A stretch of 64,000 nucleotides of DNA from Patescibacteria group bacterium (GTDB lineage Bacteria > Patescibacteriota > Minisyncoccia > RBG-13-40-8-A), in contig JAZDGD010000009.1 in NCBI GenBank assembly GCA_043807255.1, positions 29,476-93,475 of the forward strand, read 5' to 3'. The notes below the pieces were generated by a model. That model did not search any database, was not told the DNA's origin, and worked only from the letters and a program-made list of their open reading frames with translations. The stretch's first letter is position 1. Every line of letters begins with the position of its first letter. Shown in pieces: positions 9,257 to 19,184 of this stretch. The position numbers and the translations under genes were made by a program.

Positions 9257-9341
9257 TTTTATTTCTTGCCTGCCGATAGGCAGGAGTATTTTGAGTATAT
9301 ACAAAATATATTTACGCGTCAACCCCCTTTAATGTTTTTGC

Positions 9342-11006
9342 TTAATTTATTTTAATTAACACCTTAATTCTGCCTTCTTTGTCTGGAACCTGTTTTACCC
9401 AAAACGGCCACAATACTATCTTCGCTGTTTCAATTTCTGCCAAAGACGAAAGATACGTTCTTGCCTCTGTTTCTGTTTTGCCAATTAAGTCCTTCCTGAT
9501 CTGATTGGCATCGAAATTCCAAACCGAATCTGCTTCTACGCTACAAATTAAATTAGAGCTACCCTTTTTAGAATCAAATTTAGATGTCTTATAGTCAATT
9601 TTGATTGTTGAAAAAAGCAAAGTTCTATTTTCAGAAATTTTATCAGCAACATTTTTTTCTAATAAATTCAGAACGTCCTGTTCTTTGAATGCCAAGCCAA
9701 CGGCCCTTACTTTCACCGTAACTGTAAACTTTTCTCCCGGCATATTTGCTTTAACGGTCGAAGACGATTCTGTGACTTCTAGTGATTGACTATCGCTTAA
9801 TAATTTCAAATCATTGGGAATAGTTCCCCGAAACTCTTGTGATGCCCTTTCTTTAAGTCCTACGGCAACAATATTTATTGCTCCAGTAATATCGTCCTGG
9901 GTTGCAACTTTCATTTTTCCTTTTGCTCCGCCAGTCATTGGTTGTGTCGATTTGCCGTAAAATGCACTATATTTTGGTGTTCCCTCAAAGCCGGGAATTT
10001 TAAAATCTGAAGGACCAATATTAAAATCTGCTCCCGCCTCATCTGCCTCAACATCTACTTCTTTACTGCTGGCAACAATTTTTCCCTCGTCGATAATTGC
10101 TCCGGGAATTGTAACCGTGGCAGTCAATCTAAAAATTTTGCCATCAGTTGATTTTAATCGAGTCGTTTTAACTAATGTTTGTGGGCTTGAACTATATTGA
10201 TTGTAAATAGTAATTTTCCCCTTAGCTTTTTCTGAAACATCCCTTTCTCCTGTACTGGGAAATTCTCTGCTCTCCATTTTTTCAACTTCAAAAAGTTGCC
10301 CAGGAATTGTTGCCTGATCAACGTTTATGGCACTAATATCTTTATTAACCGCTATGTCCGTTTCAAATTTAACGCTTTCTTTTTTAGGATTAATTACAAT
10401 TTGAGCATGCGGTAAAACAAAATAAACCACATATGCTAAGCCCAAGACGGCAATTAAAATTCCTAAACTTATTAATATTTTTTTTATGGGAATTCTAAAT
10501 TTTCTTGTTTTCTTTATTCTTTGTATTTTTTCTGGCAACGGCTCGGCAAAAACTTTTTCATCGGAAAATCTTTCTTTGTAGAAAAAATCATTTTCTGGCT
10601 GTGTTTTTATTTGTGGTTCAAATTCAAATTTTGGTTCTGGTTCAAAATTCTCAACCACCTCTTCTTCTTTTCTGGAATTAACAACGTCTGCCATGGTTCT
10701 TAGGTCAACAACCCTACCCATAATTTTGTCTGGTCTTTTAATCTGTGGTTGTCCGGCATCCTGGACTTCTAAAATATCAATCCCTGCCTGCATCGAAAGT
10801 TTTCTAATCAATCCATCGGCAGTAGAAATATAAACCTTTTTACCTAGAAATATTGATTCCTCTTTAAGAATTCTTAGATTGATAATACTTTTCAATGCTG
10901 CTGTTCCCGACGGAACAACCAAGGCAAGGTTAATGTCCTTGCTTAATTTGATATTATCAATTATCGAAAAAAACTCTTCGTTTGATTTTAAATAAAACCT
11001 CTCCAT
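9342..11006 (-). CDS. Membrane-anchored protein with baseplate J-like domain
   Basis: Central TM, then KAKGKITIYN, T.L...G..F, V.A...G..FNIG, MTGG motifs. Confidence 0.6.
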   Translation of the reverse strand: MERFYLKSNEEFFSIIDNIKLSKDINLALVVPSGTAALKSIINLRILKEESIFLGKKVYISTADGLIRKLSMQAGIDILEVQDAGQPQIKRPDKIMGRVVDLRTMADVVNSRKEEEVVENFEPEPKFEFEPQIKTQPENDFFYKERFSDEKVFAEPLPEKIQRIKKTRKFRIPIKKILISLGILIAVLGLAYVVYFVLPHAQIVINPKKESVKFETDIAVNKDISAINVDQATIPGQLFEVEKMESREFPSTGERDVSEKAKGKITIYNQYSSSPQTLVKTTRLKSTDGKIFRLTATVTIPGAIIDEGKIVASSKEVDVEADEAGADFNIGPSDFKIPGFEGTPKYSAFYGKSTQPMTGGAKGKMKVATQDDITGAINIVAVGLKERASQEFRGTIPNDLKLLSDSQSLEVTESSSTVKANMPGEKFTVTVKVRAVGLAFKEQDVLNLLEKNVADKISENRTLLFSTIKIDYKTSKFDSKKGSSNLICSVEADSVWNFDANQIRKDLIGKTETEARTYLSSLAEIETAKIVLWPFWVKQVPDKEGRIKVLIKIN

Positions 11007-11011
11007 ATATA

Positions 11012-12109
11012 TTAATTTTGAATTAGTTTGATTACTCTTTTTAAGATTGGAGAAAATATATTTTTCTCTTCCAATAAATTAGAACTTAATTGATCGAGTG
11101 CAATACAAGATAGATTTTTATTATCATTTGAATCCTCAATATTCAAAATTTTTAAATTTTTCTCTTTCTTTAAATTCGATTCTATAAACGGCATTTTTGA
11201 TCCACCGCCACATAAGAAAATTTTATTTGGCAAAGAGTCATATTTTTCTGAAAAATCTTTTAAAATAATCTTAAGTCCCTTAAACCAAAACGACGTACTT
11301 GGCACAAATAATTTATCTATCTTCTTTTTGGTTTCGACACTTAATCCGTTTTTATATTGTATTTTAATGTTCTCAACGTCTTCTGGTTTTAAATTAAGAA
11401 AGTTGGCCAGAGCCTGACTAACAATTTGCCCTCCCAAATGAAAATTTTTCGTATCAATTATTTCGCCGTTATTTTTGATTAATGTGATTTCGGTTAGTTT
11501 CCCCCCAACATCAATAATCAATGCTCCACTTTTTTGTAGTTTATCTAAACTCAAATAATGATATAAGGCATAGGCATTGGGAACAATACTCAATAAATTC
11601 ATCTTTAAGTCATCAGCTAATTTTTCTAAATTTTCCAATGCTTGTGAGGACGCATATGTGTTATAAACGCTCAAACAAATATTTTGTCCTTGATCACCTA
11701 TGGGATCCGCAACCAATCTATTGTCAATTTTAATGTCTGTTACAAAAGCATCTATAATTTTAATTTCCGTATCTTTGCATTCCGTTTCGTCTCTAAATTC
11801 TTTACGAATACTATCCAATGCCTTCCATTCTAATTTCTGAATTAAATACTTCAACTCTGCTGTATCAATTTTATTATGAGAATTTTCTCTTTTAAGACAA
11901 AGGGTTGTGGTTTTGCCTTTCAGGGTGTCGTTATTTACACCCAAAATAATATCTTCTGATTTTATTTTCGATTCTTTTAAAAGTTTTTTAACTACTTTTT
12001 TACAAGATGAAAAAATATCCTCCGAGCAACTTTCTCTCACAAACACATCTGAAAGTTTGGCTTTCACATATTGTGTTCCAATATCTAAAACAATAACATT
12101 TCTCATCAA
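11012..12109 (-). CDS. FtsA-like actin-fold ATPase
   Basis: LDIGTQYVK, IIDVGG, HLGG, LCGGGSKMP. Confidence 0.8.
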   Translation of the reverse strand: MMRNVIVLDIGTQYVKAKLSDVFVRESCSEDIFSSCKKVVKKLLKESKIKSEDIILGVNNDTLKGKTTTLCLKRENSHNKIDTAELKYLIQKLEWKALDSIRKEFRDETECKDTEIKIIDAFVTDIKIDNRLVADPIGDQGQNICLSVYNTYASSQALENLEKLADDLKMNLLSIVPNAYALYHYLSLDKLQKSGALIIDVGGKLTEITLIKNNGEIIDTKNFHLGGQIVSQALANFLNLKPEDVENIKIQYKNGLSVETKKKIDKLFVPSTSFWFKGLKIILKDFSEKYDSLPNKIFLCGGGSKMPFIESNLKKEKNLKILNIEDSNDNKNLSCIALDQLSSNLLEEKNIFSPILKRVIKLIQN

Positions 12110-12212
12110 CTATATTATATCATTAATTTTAAAACAAAACAAAACAAAGAGCAAATAAAAAAAGTCTATACGGGTTCACCGCATAGACCAGACGATTTTA
12201 TAGTCCTTTCCA

Positions 12213-12512
12213 CTACAGGCCAGCAAAAATCTCTCCACCGAGCACATCTATCTCTTGTAACCATTTTCGAAATTTTATTAATTGTCTCACGATTGTATTA
12301 AACTCACCCGCCCCATAGAATAAGTTTCTCAAGTAAGTAATAGGATATTCCACAATCGTTATCGGAATAATTAAAATGGTTATTAATAGCGATGCTAGCT
12401 GAATTAAAACAAACCATAAAACAAGAAAAAATGTGACCATAAAAAAAAGCAAAAAAAATGATATTGCCAAAAACCATTCTCCAAGCCCATCACACAATTT
12501 TTCTTTTTGCAA
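12213..12512 (-). CDS. Hypothetical membrane protein
   Basis: 99 aa, long hydrophobic stretch, AAGGAGA SD upstream, hairpin downstream. Confidence 0.65.
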   Translation of the reverse strand: MQKEKLCDGLGEWFLAISFFLLFFMVTFFLVLWFVLIQLASLLITILIIPITIVEYPITYLRNLFYGAGEFNTIVRQLIKFRKWLQEIDVLGGEIFAGL

Positions 12513-12637
12513 GGTACTCTCCTTTTCGCTTTTTAGCGATAATTTAATGTATCAAATTAAAAAAATTTCGTCAAGCGTTTGCAAACACAAACACCACATA
12601 AATACCATAAACACTATATCAATATTATAAACATTCT

Positions 12638-12677
12638 TTGTTTCCATTTTTGTACGGCCGTAATAAAATGGAAACAA
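12638..12677. repeat. 40-bp palindrome downstream of PaaX/Cas2-like gene A
   Basis: TTGTTTCCATTTTTGTACGGCCGTAATAAAATGGAAACAA. Confidence 0.9.
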
Positions 12678-12705
12678 AATTATCTGTTAAAAAACATGAA
12701 CTATG

Positions 12706-13266
12706 TTATTCGAATCTTACTTTTTTAACTAAAAGAAAATCTACAAAAGATTTTAAATTATATTGTTCAATCAATTCTTTGGTTTCTTTCTCTGTGTCAT
12801 ATTGGCAAACCCAAATACTTTGTTGCATTTTTTTATATCCTAAATATTTCAATCCCCTCCTAAACCAATCCCTGTCTTTTCGCCTACTTTCCGATATGTC
12901 AAATAAAACCATTTGCCACTTTCTGTCTTTTCTTAGGTTATTGTCTGTCAATTTTAATTTTGTGATAAATAATTTTTCGAAACCTTTTGATGTAATTATT
13001 ACGGCCGATTTATCCTTCGCTCTTAACGTTTTCAAATAACCACTACTTTTTAACTTACAAACCGTTCCAGCAAATCTTCTTTTGCTTTTTTCCCTTTCGC
13101 GTTTCTTTTTGTTTTCATTTGTCCACTCGTCTCTGAATGTATTGAAGTCGGAAAAACGCAACCCTCCTCTTTCGGGAATAATTTTGCCAATTACGTCTTT
13201 TGTTTTATTTTTGAAATTATATAAATCCCAAAGAAATTGTTCGGTAAATGGTAATTTAAGTCTCAT
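12706..13266 (-). CDS. PaaX-like protein (wHTH plus Cas2-like domain), copy A
   Basis: L...GY, ITSKG wing, W.MVLFDISE..RKDRDWFR..LK.LGY..MQQSIW. Confidence 0.8.
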   Translation of the reverse strand: MRLKLPFTEQFLWDLYNFKNKTKDVIGKIIPERGGLRFSDFNTFRDEWTNENKKKREREKSKRRFAGTVCKLKSSGYLKTLRAKDKSAVIITSKGFEKLFITKLKLTDNNLRKDRKWQMVLFDISESRRKDRDWFRRGLKYLGYKKMQQSIWVCQYDTEKETKELIEQYNLKSFVDFLLVKKVRFE

Positions 13267-13278
13267 AGAATATTATTA

Positions 13279-13316
13279 TGTTTCTATTTTATTACGGCCG
13301 TAATAAAATAGAAACA
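13279..13316. repeat. Perfect 38-bp palindrome upstream of PaaX/Cas2-like gene A
   Basis: TGTTTCTATTTTATTACGG|CCGTAATAAAATAGAAACA. Confidence 0.9.
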
Positions 13317-13396
13317 ATTTGAATTTAATAATTAAAATTAATAAATCCCATAATTAATAAACGATTAAATTTATAAATCTTTCGATTATTAAAATT

Positions 13397-15160
13397 TTAT
13401 TCCAAAATTGCCTTGATGCGACGAACGCCGGATGATGATGCTTCTTCTTTTAAAATTTTAAAATGTCCCAATTCCCCTGTTTTTTGAACGTGTGGTCCAG
13501 AACAAATTTCCTGGCTGAAGGCCAGTACCGAGGCCGTCGAGGGAGCACCACCTATTGTATAAACTTTAACCATATCTCCATATTTTGATTCAAAAACTCC
13601 CATTGCTCCAATTTCTTTCGCTTTTTCTAATGACACCTCTACACAATTCACCGGTAAATTTTGTATAATCACTTCATTCACTGCATCCTCGACTTGTTTA
13701 AGTTGATCCGCGGTCATTTTTTCTGAATGCGAAAAATCTAAACGTAATCTTTCGGCAGTAATATTTGAACCTTTTTGAAAAACATGATCACCCAAAACTT
13801 TTCTTAGTGTTGCCAACAACAAATGTGTTGCAGTGTGATATTTTACAACTTGTTCTGAATTATCCGCTAATCCCGATTTAAATTTTCCTGCAGTTGCAGT
13901 GCGTGAAAGTTCTTGATGTTGTTCGAATTCTTTTTGAAATTTTTCTTTATCAATTTTTATTCCTTTTTCTTTTGCCAACTCTTCGGTGATTTCGATCGGA
14001 AAGCCGTAAGTTTGATATAAATTAAAAGCGTCTTTGCCAGAAATTAATTCTAATTTTTTCTCGCTACGCGAGATCTCGTAAAGCGAGACAAATTCTTTTA
14101 ATCCTTTTTCTATTGTTGCTCTAAATTTTCTAGTCTCATGAGAAAGTTTGTTTAAAACTTCCGCACATTTGTCTTCGAGTTCGAACTCTCGATAATCGTT
14201 TTTATAAACGTCTATAACTTTCTGAGCAACCGATTTCAAATTTTTGGAATCGAAATTTTTATCATTTGTATAGGTGTAAACTATGGCTCGTCGAATTAAA
14301 CGACGCAAAATATATCCCTGATCCTTATTAGATGGTTCAACGCCGTCAAAAAGTAAAAACACGCTAGCTTTTATATGGTCGGCAATTATTCTTTGAGACT
14401 TGAGATTAATTGATGGCAAAAGATCTTTAATTTTATCCATTATCGGTTTGAACGTATCAATTTCATAAACATTGTTATAACCATTTAAAATCGCAGTCGT
14501 TCTTTCTAACCCCATCCCTGTATCAACATTCTTTTGTTTTAACGGTTCAAGCTTTCCATCTGCTGTTTTATTAAATTCCATAAAAACATTGTTCCAAATT
14601 TCCACTCCATCATAAAAAATCTCTGTATCTGGACCACAAGGTCCGCCAGCTGATTGCCCCCACCAATTGTCTTCTTTTCCTAAAAATTTGATTTTATTTT
14701 TTGGAATTCCTAATGATTCCCAGGTTTTTGCTGAAATCTCATCTTTCGGAACAGCTTGCCCTGAGGAACTCGAAGGGTCGCCCTTAAAGCAAGTAACCGA
14801 TAATTTTTCGATTGGCAAATTTAATTCTTTGGTCAAAAATTCCCAACTCATCTTAATTGATTCTTCTTTCCAATATGATCCGAGCCCCCAATTCCCCAGC
14901 ATTTCAAAAAAGGTTAGATGCCAATTATCGCCAACTTCGTCAATATCGATTGTTCTGATGCATTTTTGTGAATTAACCAATCTATCGCCCATGGGATGTT
15001 TTTCTCCCAATAAATACGGAACCAATGGATGCATTCCTGCGGAAATAAATAAAGCACCAGGATCATTTTCCGGAATCAAAGAAGCAGAAGGAATAATTTT
15101 GTGTCCCCTCTCTTCAAAAAACTTCAGATATTTTTCTTTCAACTCTTTTGTCGTAATCAT
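13397..15160 (-). CDS. alaS: Alanine--tRNA ligase (short form, no C-Ala domain)
   Basis: HLTFFEMLGNW, DTGMGLER, HTATHLL, CSGPHV, GVRRIKA. Confidence 0.97.
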   Translation of the reverse strand: MITTKELKEKYLKFFEERGHKIIPSASLIPENDPGALFISAGMHPLVPYLLGEKHPMGDRLVNSQKCIRTIDIDEVGDNWHLTFFEMLGNWGLGSYWKEESIKMSWEFLTKELNLPIEKLSVTCFKGDPSSSSGQAVPKDEISAKTWESLGIPKNKIKFLGKEDNWWGQSAGGPCGPDTEIFYDGVEIWNNVFMEFNKTADGKLEPLKQKNVDTGMGLERTTAILNGYNNVYEIDTFKPIMDKIKDLLPSINLKSQRIIADHIKASVFLLFDGVEPSNKDQGYILRRLIRRAIVYTYTNDKNFDSKNLKSVAQKVIDVYKNDYREFELEDKCAEVLNKLSHETRKFRATIEKGLKEFVSLYEISRSEKKLELISGKDAFNLYQTYGFPIEITEELAKEKGIKIDKEKFQKEFEQHQELSRTATAGKFKSGLADNSEQVVKYHTATHLLLATLRKVLGDHVFQKGSNITAERLRLDFSHSEKMTADQLKQVEDAVNEVIIQNLPVNCVEVSLEKAKEIGAMGVFESKYGDMVKVYTIGGAPSTASVLAFSQEICSGPHVQKTGELGHFKILKEEASSSGVRRIKAILE

Positions 15161-15199
15161 TGCTTAAATTATACAATAATAAAAAAAACAAATCCACTG

Positions 15200-15227
15200 T
15201 TGACAAAAATAATGGATATGGTACAAT
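15200..15227 (+). promoter_or_regulatory. Sigma70-type promoter
   Basis: TTGACA-16 nt-TACAAT with extended TG, upstream of small ORF. Confidence 0.6.
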
Positions 15228-15261
15228 TATATTGTCTTAAAAATTCTACTGGAGGTGTAAA

Positions 15262-15426
15262 GTGTTTAAAAAGAATTATTTTGTGATGCTGGAAGACGGC
15301 AAGATGATATCCGAACCCTTCGGATGGCGTGGCGTCCACAAGCAGGTCAAATTCCTGTTCGAGAAGGGAAAGACGTGCCGGGTCTTCAAGGAAAGAAAAA
15401 TCGGACTGAGGGTCAAAGTAGTATAG
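15262..15426 (+). CDS. Small basic hypothetical protein (54 aa)
   Basis: GGAGG at 15251, GTG start, MFKKNYFVMLEDGKMISEPFGWRGVHKQVKFLFEKGKTCRVFKERKIGLRVKVV*. Confidence 0.65.
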   Translation: MFKKNYFVMLEDGKMISEPFGWRGVHKQVKFLFEKGKTCRVFKERKIGLRVKVV

Positions 15427-15456
15427 CTCCACCGACATCAGTTCTCGATCACAACG

Positions 15457-15489
15457 GCCGATGCGGGCGAACCCGCATCGGCTTTTTTT
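15457..15489 (+). terminator. Rho-independent terminator
   Basis: GCCGATGCGGG-CGAA-CCCGCATCGGC followed by T run. Confidence 0.85.
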
Positions 15490-15569
15490 ATTTAACCCCT
15501 CCACACCTCCCCTTATCAAGGGAGGTTATTGTTTTTTGCCGAATAAAATAGAGGTGGCCCGTGCCACCC

Positions 15570-16178
15570 CTACATGTTTCTTATTCTATCGAACTCCTCC
15601 TCAGAAAATACCATCCACCGTTTTTGGTGCTTGGCGTAATATTTTTCGGCGTTTGTGCGTGTAGTTATTATCCTCCTATTGTCATTAAAAAAATAACTTT
15701 TTCTGTCGGTATTGAACGCCTTGTCATGCTCGCCAATAATCCTCTCTAAGGCACTGGCCATGCATCTTGTATCGTAATGCATGCGTGCCAACAACTTTAT
15801 TGTTGCGAAATCAACGGAAGCCTCTCGCTCTTGATCGTCAAATGCTACAATATTGTTCAAGGCATGGCAAATCTCATGCAAAACAATGGAGACTAGTTCG
15901 GCTTCGTTGTTAACAGCCTCAACAACCCTTTCGTCGATATATATTTCTTTCGTATCATTAATAATATATGCCCATTCGGGATTATTGAGCGAGGCACTAA
16001 CATAATAAATTTTAAATCCGATTTTATTTGCCCCGTCAACAAAATTAATGATTTTGTCGAGAATCTTATTTAACAATACATCACCATAGACGCCCTTATT
16101 CTCAAAATCATTAATTGTTTGCGCGAAGCAAAAATACAGGACGAGAAAGAACAAGGCCACTAAACCTTTCTTTTCCAT
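15570..16178 (-). CDS. M48-like zinc metallopeptidase, secreted
   Basis: Signal peptide, ELVSIVLHEICH, E...D motif; SD AGGAGG before MEKKG. Confidence 0.75.
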   Translation of the reverse strand: MEKKGLVALFFLVLYFCFAQTINDFENKGVYGDVLLNKILDKIINFVDGANKIGFKIYYVSASLNNPEWAYIINDTKEIYIDERVVEAVNNEAELVSIVLHEICHALNNIVAFDDQEREASVDFATIKLLARMHYDTRCMASALERIIGEHDKAFNTDRKSYFFNDNRRIITTRTNAEKYYAKHQKRWMVFSEEEFDRIRNM

Positions 16179-16228
16179 TGTTTCCCTCCTCAAAATGACT
16201 TATGTTTATAATACCAAATAATTAAATT

Positions 16229-17230
16229 TTAGTCAATAATCCCCCCTCCAATAAGTTCGCTGCCTAGATAAAATACTGCGCTTTGACCAGAGGTTATCGC
16301 ACGTTGCGACTTTTTGAAAATAATTTTATTACCTTTTATTGTTGCATCTTGTGCTTTCGTAGTAGAGCGGATTTTAACTTTGCATTTTCCGTTATACTGT
16401 TTTCCCGATAGCCAATTTACATCTTTTATAATTAATTCTTTTTGCATTAAATCTTTTTCATTTTTTGATACGATTAAAATATTTTTCTTAAAATCTTTTT
16501 TCACAACATAGAACGGACCAATGCCACCAATCTCTATTCCTTTACGCTGTCCGATGGTATAGAAAATCAATCCTTTGTGCTCGCCCATCTTTTTGCCATC
16601 AACAGTAATTATATCTCCCGTTTTTGTTTTAATGTTTTGTCTTAAAAAATTATTTAAATCATTTATGAAGCATATTTCTTGACTATCTGGTTTTTTATAG
16701 ACCGGGAGTTTAAATTTCTTCGCCAATTCCCTAACTCGTTCTTTGGTGTAATCACTAAGCGGAAATAAAACTTTATTTAATTGTTTTTGATCTAATTTCC
16801 AAAGAAAATATGATTGGTCTTTTTGTTTGTCCTTGGCAACCAATAATTTTGAGCTTTTTATTTTCGCGTAATGACCAGTGGCAACATAATCCGCGCCGAG
16901 TTCCATCGCCTTGTCAATTAAAAATTTAAATTTAATATGCTTATTGCACATTACACACGGATTTGGTGTGTTTCCTTTTTTGTATTCATCAATAAAATAA
17001 TCGACAACTTTTTTCTTAAATTCTTTTTGCACATCAAGAACGTAAAATGGAATTTTTAATTTTTGAGCAACAATCTTTGCGTCTTTAGCGTTGCTATTTT
17101 TGTGCATGCGCATAAAAACACCGACAACATCATATCCTCGGTTTTTTAACAGGGCGGCAACAATAGAACTATCTACTCCGCCACTCATTGCGACAAGAAC
17201 CCTGCCTCCTCGGCGGGCAAGTTTTTTCAT
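16229..17230 (-). CDS. mnmA: tRNA 2-thiouridylase
   Basis: AMSGGVDSS, TPNPCVMCN, ATGHYA, KDQSYFL, DSQEICF. Confidence 0.97.
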   Translation of the reverse strand: MKKLARRGGRVLVAMSGGVDSSIVAALLKNRGYDVVGVFMRMHKNSNAKDAKIVAQKLKIPFYVLDVQKEFKKKVVDYFIDEYKKGNTPNPCVMCNKHIKFKFLIDKAMELGADYVATGHYAKIKSSKLLVAKDKQKDQSYFLWKLDQKQLNKVLFPLSDYTKERVRELAKKFKLPVYKKPDSQEICFINDLNNFLRQNIKTKTGDIITVDGKKMGEHKGLIFYTIGQRKGIEIGGIGPFYVVKKDFKKNILIVSKNEKDLMQKELIIKDVNWLSGKQYNGKCKVKIRSTTKAQDATIKGNKIIFKKSQRAITSGQSAVFYLGSELIGGGIID

Positions 17231-17232
17231 AA

Positions 17233-17733
17233 CTATTTTTTACTTCTAAAAATTCCGATAAAAATTAATGGCACTATAAACCAAATTATCCGTGCAAGGG
17301 TTGTATTAAAAACTTCTAATGGCAAACTACTAAACTTAGAAATCAAATCAGCGGGCAAAAAAGAAAAAATCATACTTACAACAATCCCAACCAAAAATAT
17401 TCCATAAAAAAATGCTTGAAAAATTGCACGATTGGCCTTTCTTCTTGCTTTTAATATTGATTTTGAAAACAAGAGATAGACAATGCCAATTAACAATAAA
17501 AACAAAACAATCATCACCACAAAATTTTCTTCTGCTTTAAAAAAATCGGGCAGAAGTTTTTTAATCGGCACGATACTTATTATTGCCGAGGAAACATAAC
17601 CACCCAACAACATTAAAAAAAGCTTGTCCTTGCCAATCATTAGTCCCAATAAAAATCCCCCCGCGAACAAAAACAAAAAAACAATCATCTCCCAACTCGT
17701 AATATTTAAATTTACATTCGCTAATTGCGTCAT
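17233..17733 (-). CDS. Hypothetical membrane protein
   Basis: Multiple TM helices. Confidence 0.75.
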   Translation of the reverse strand: MTQLANVNLNITSWEMIVFLFLFAGGFLLGLMIGKDKLFLMLLGGYVSSAIISIVPIKKLLPDFFKAEENFVVMIVLFLLLIGIVYLLFSKSILKARRKANRAIFQAFFYGIFLVGIVVSMIFSFLPADLISKFSSLPLEVFNTTLARIIWFIVPLIFIGIFRSKK

Positions 17734-18857
17734 AATCCCTCCCCTTTTAGTTCTTCGATTAATTCTTCTTGCTTTCTTGATAATTTATGCGGGACTTTGA
17801 TGTGAATTTTTACATACTGATCACCGCGACCATAAGAATTGAGTCGTGGCATCCCCTTGCCCGACAACCTGAAAGTTTTTCCAGCCTCGGTCCCTGCCGG
17901 AATCTTCAATTGCAAATCCCCTTCTAATGTTAAAATATTAATCTTATCTCCTAAAATTGCCTGACTATATTTTATTTCTGTATCAGAATACAAATCATCT
18001 CTTTTGCGTGTAAAATAGTCGTGTTGCTTTAAATGCACCCGCACATACAAATCCCCAGAAACCCCGCCTTTTTTGGCCGCCTCACCTTTCCCAGAAATTT
18101 TTATAGTTTGTTCATTATCAACTCCCGCCGGTAAATCAATCTTAATATTCTCAATTTCGTGGGTTCTTCCCGACCCCTTACATTCCTTACATTCTTTTTC
18201 GTTAAGCTCACCTTCTCCTAAACATTTAGGACAAGTTATAACTTGCGAAAAAGTTCCAAACATAGTTCTTCTGGTTTGTTGAACCTGTCCTTGACCATCA
18301 CATTCTGAACATTTTTTCTTGCCACTCCCCGGTTCTCCGCCAACACCCTTGCAGTGCTTACAAATAATATATTTCTTTAAATTGATTTCTTTAGAAACTC
18401 CTGCAAATGCTTCTTCTAGGTTAATGTCTAAATCAACAACAATGTCTTTGCCTTTTTCTTTTCTTGTTCTGCGTCCACCCCCACCACCATTGCCACCAAA
18501 GAACTGACTGAAAATATCCGAAAATCCACCACCACTTCCACCAAAAATATCGTTTAAATCAAATTCTACATTTTGACCCTGTGACTGATAATTTCTAAAT
18601 ATATCATCCCAACTCATCCCCCCACCAAAACCAGCTTGTCCGCCTTGAGTGGAAAAAATATCTCCAAATTGATCGTATTGCTGACGCTTTTCGTCGTTAG
18701 ACAAAATAGAATATGCCTCATTAATTTCTTTGAATTTCTTCTCATCACCGCCTTTATCGGGATGGTGCTGATGCGCAAGTTTTCTAAAAGCCTGCTTGAT
18801 TTCATCCCTGGAAGCATTTTTTTCTACACCCAATAATTTGTAGTAATCTTTTGACAT
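17730..18857 (-). CDS. dnaJ: Chaperone DnaJ
   Basis: HPD motif, G/F region, four CxxCxGxG repeats. Confidence 0.98.
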   Translation of the reverse strand: MSKDYYKLLGVEKNASRDEIKQAFRKLAHQHHPDKGGDEKKFKEINEAYSILSNDEKRQQYDQFGDIFSTQGGQAGFGGGMSWDDIFRNYQSQGQNVEFDLNDIFGGSGGGFSDIFSQFFGGNGGGGGRRTRKEKGKDIVVDLDINLEEAFAGVSKEINLKKYIICKHCKGVGGEPGSGKKKCSECDGQGQVQQTRRTMFGTFSQVITCPKCLGEGELNEKECKECKGSGRTHEIENIKIDLPAGVDNEQTIKISGKGEAAKKGGVSGDLYVRVHLKQHDYFTRKRDDLYSDTEIKYSQAILGDKINILTLEGDLQLKIPAGTEAGKTFRLSGKGMPRLNSYGRGDQYVKIHIKVPHKLSRKQEELIEELKGEGL

Positions 18858-18929
18858 GTTTTATTAACTTGACAATATATTTATAATATGATAGTATCAA
18901 ATTGACCAAATTTAACAAGGAGGATTCTA

Positions 18930-19112
18930 ATGATTTTAGAGACTTTCGAATCGCAAGAGTTTAGTTCCCTGAAAACGTCAATCGAATTTTATACGAGAGA
19001 AAAGAGGTACAAGGTCTTGTTCGTAAGTATCGCTTTCAACAGCATCGTTGATCCCAAAAAAGATTATTTTCCCTATATCGCTATCGTGGGATTTAAACGA
19101 AAATTTTTTTAA
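18930..19112 (+). CDS. Small hypothetical protein (60 aa)
   Basis: TTGACA at 18869, AAGGAGGA SD, downstream hairpin with T tract. Confidence 0.6.
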   Translation: MILETFESQEFSSLKTSIEFYTREKRYKVLFVSIAFNSIVDPKKDYFPYIAIVGFKRKFF

Positions 19113-19184
19113 TCATCGCGTGCTCAATTTTAATTCGATCCGACCCTGATTTTATAAATCGGGGTCATTTTTTTATTTAAAAAG

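Noticed and set aside
12706-13266. Calling the Cas2-like genes a CRISPR-Cas system
   Set aside because: No cas1, no effector genes and no repeat-spacer array; only two repeats around each gene.
15169-15551. ORFs 15169-15519 (-) and 15324-15551 (+)
   Set aside because: Promoter, SD and terminator support 15262-15426 instead; the alternatives cross the terminator.
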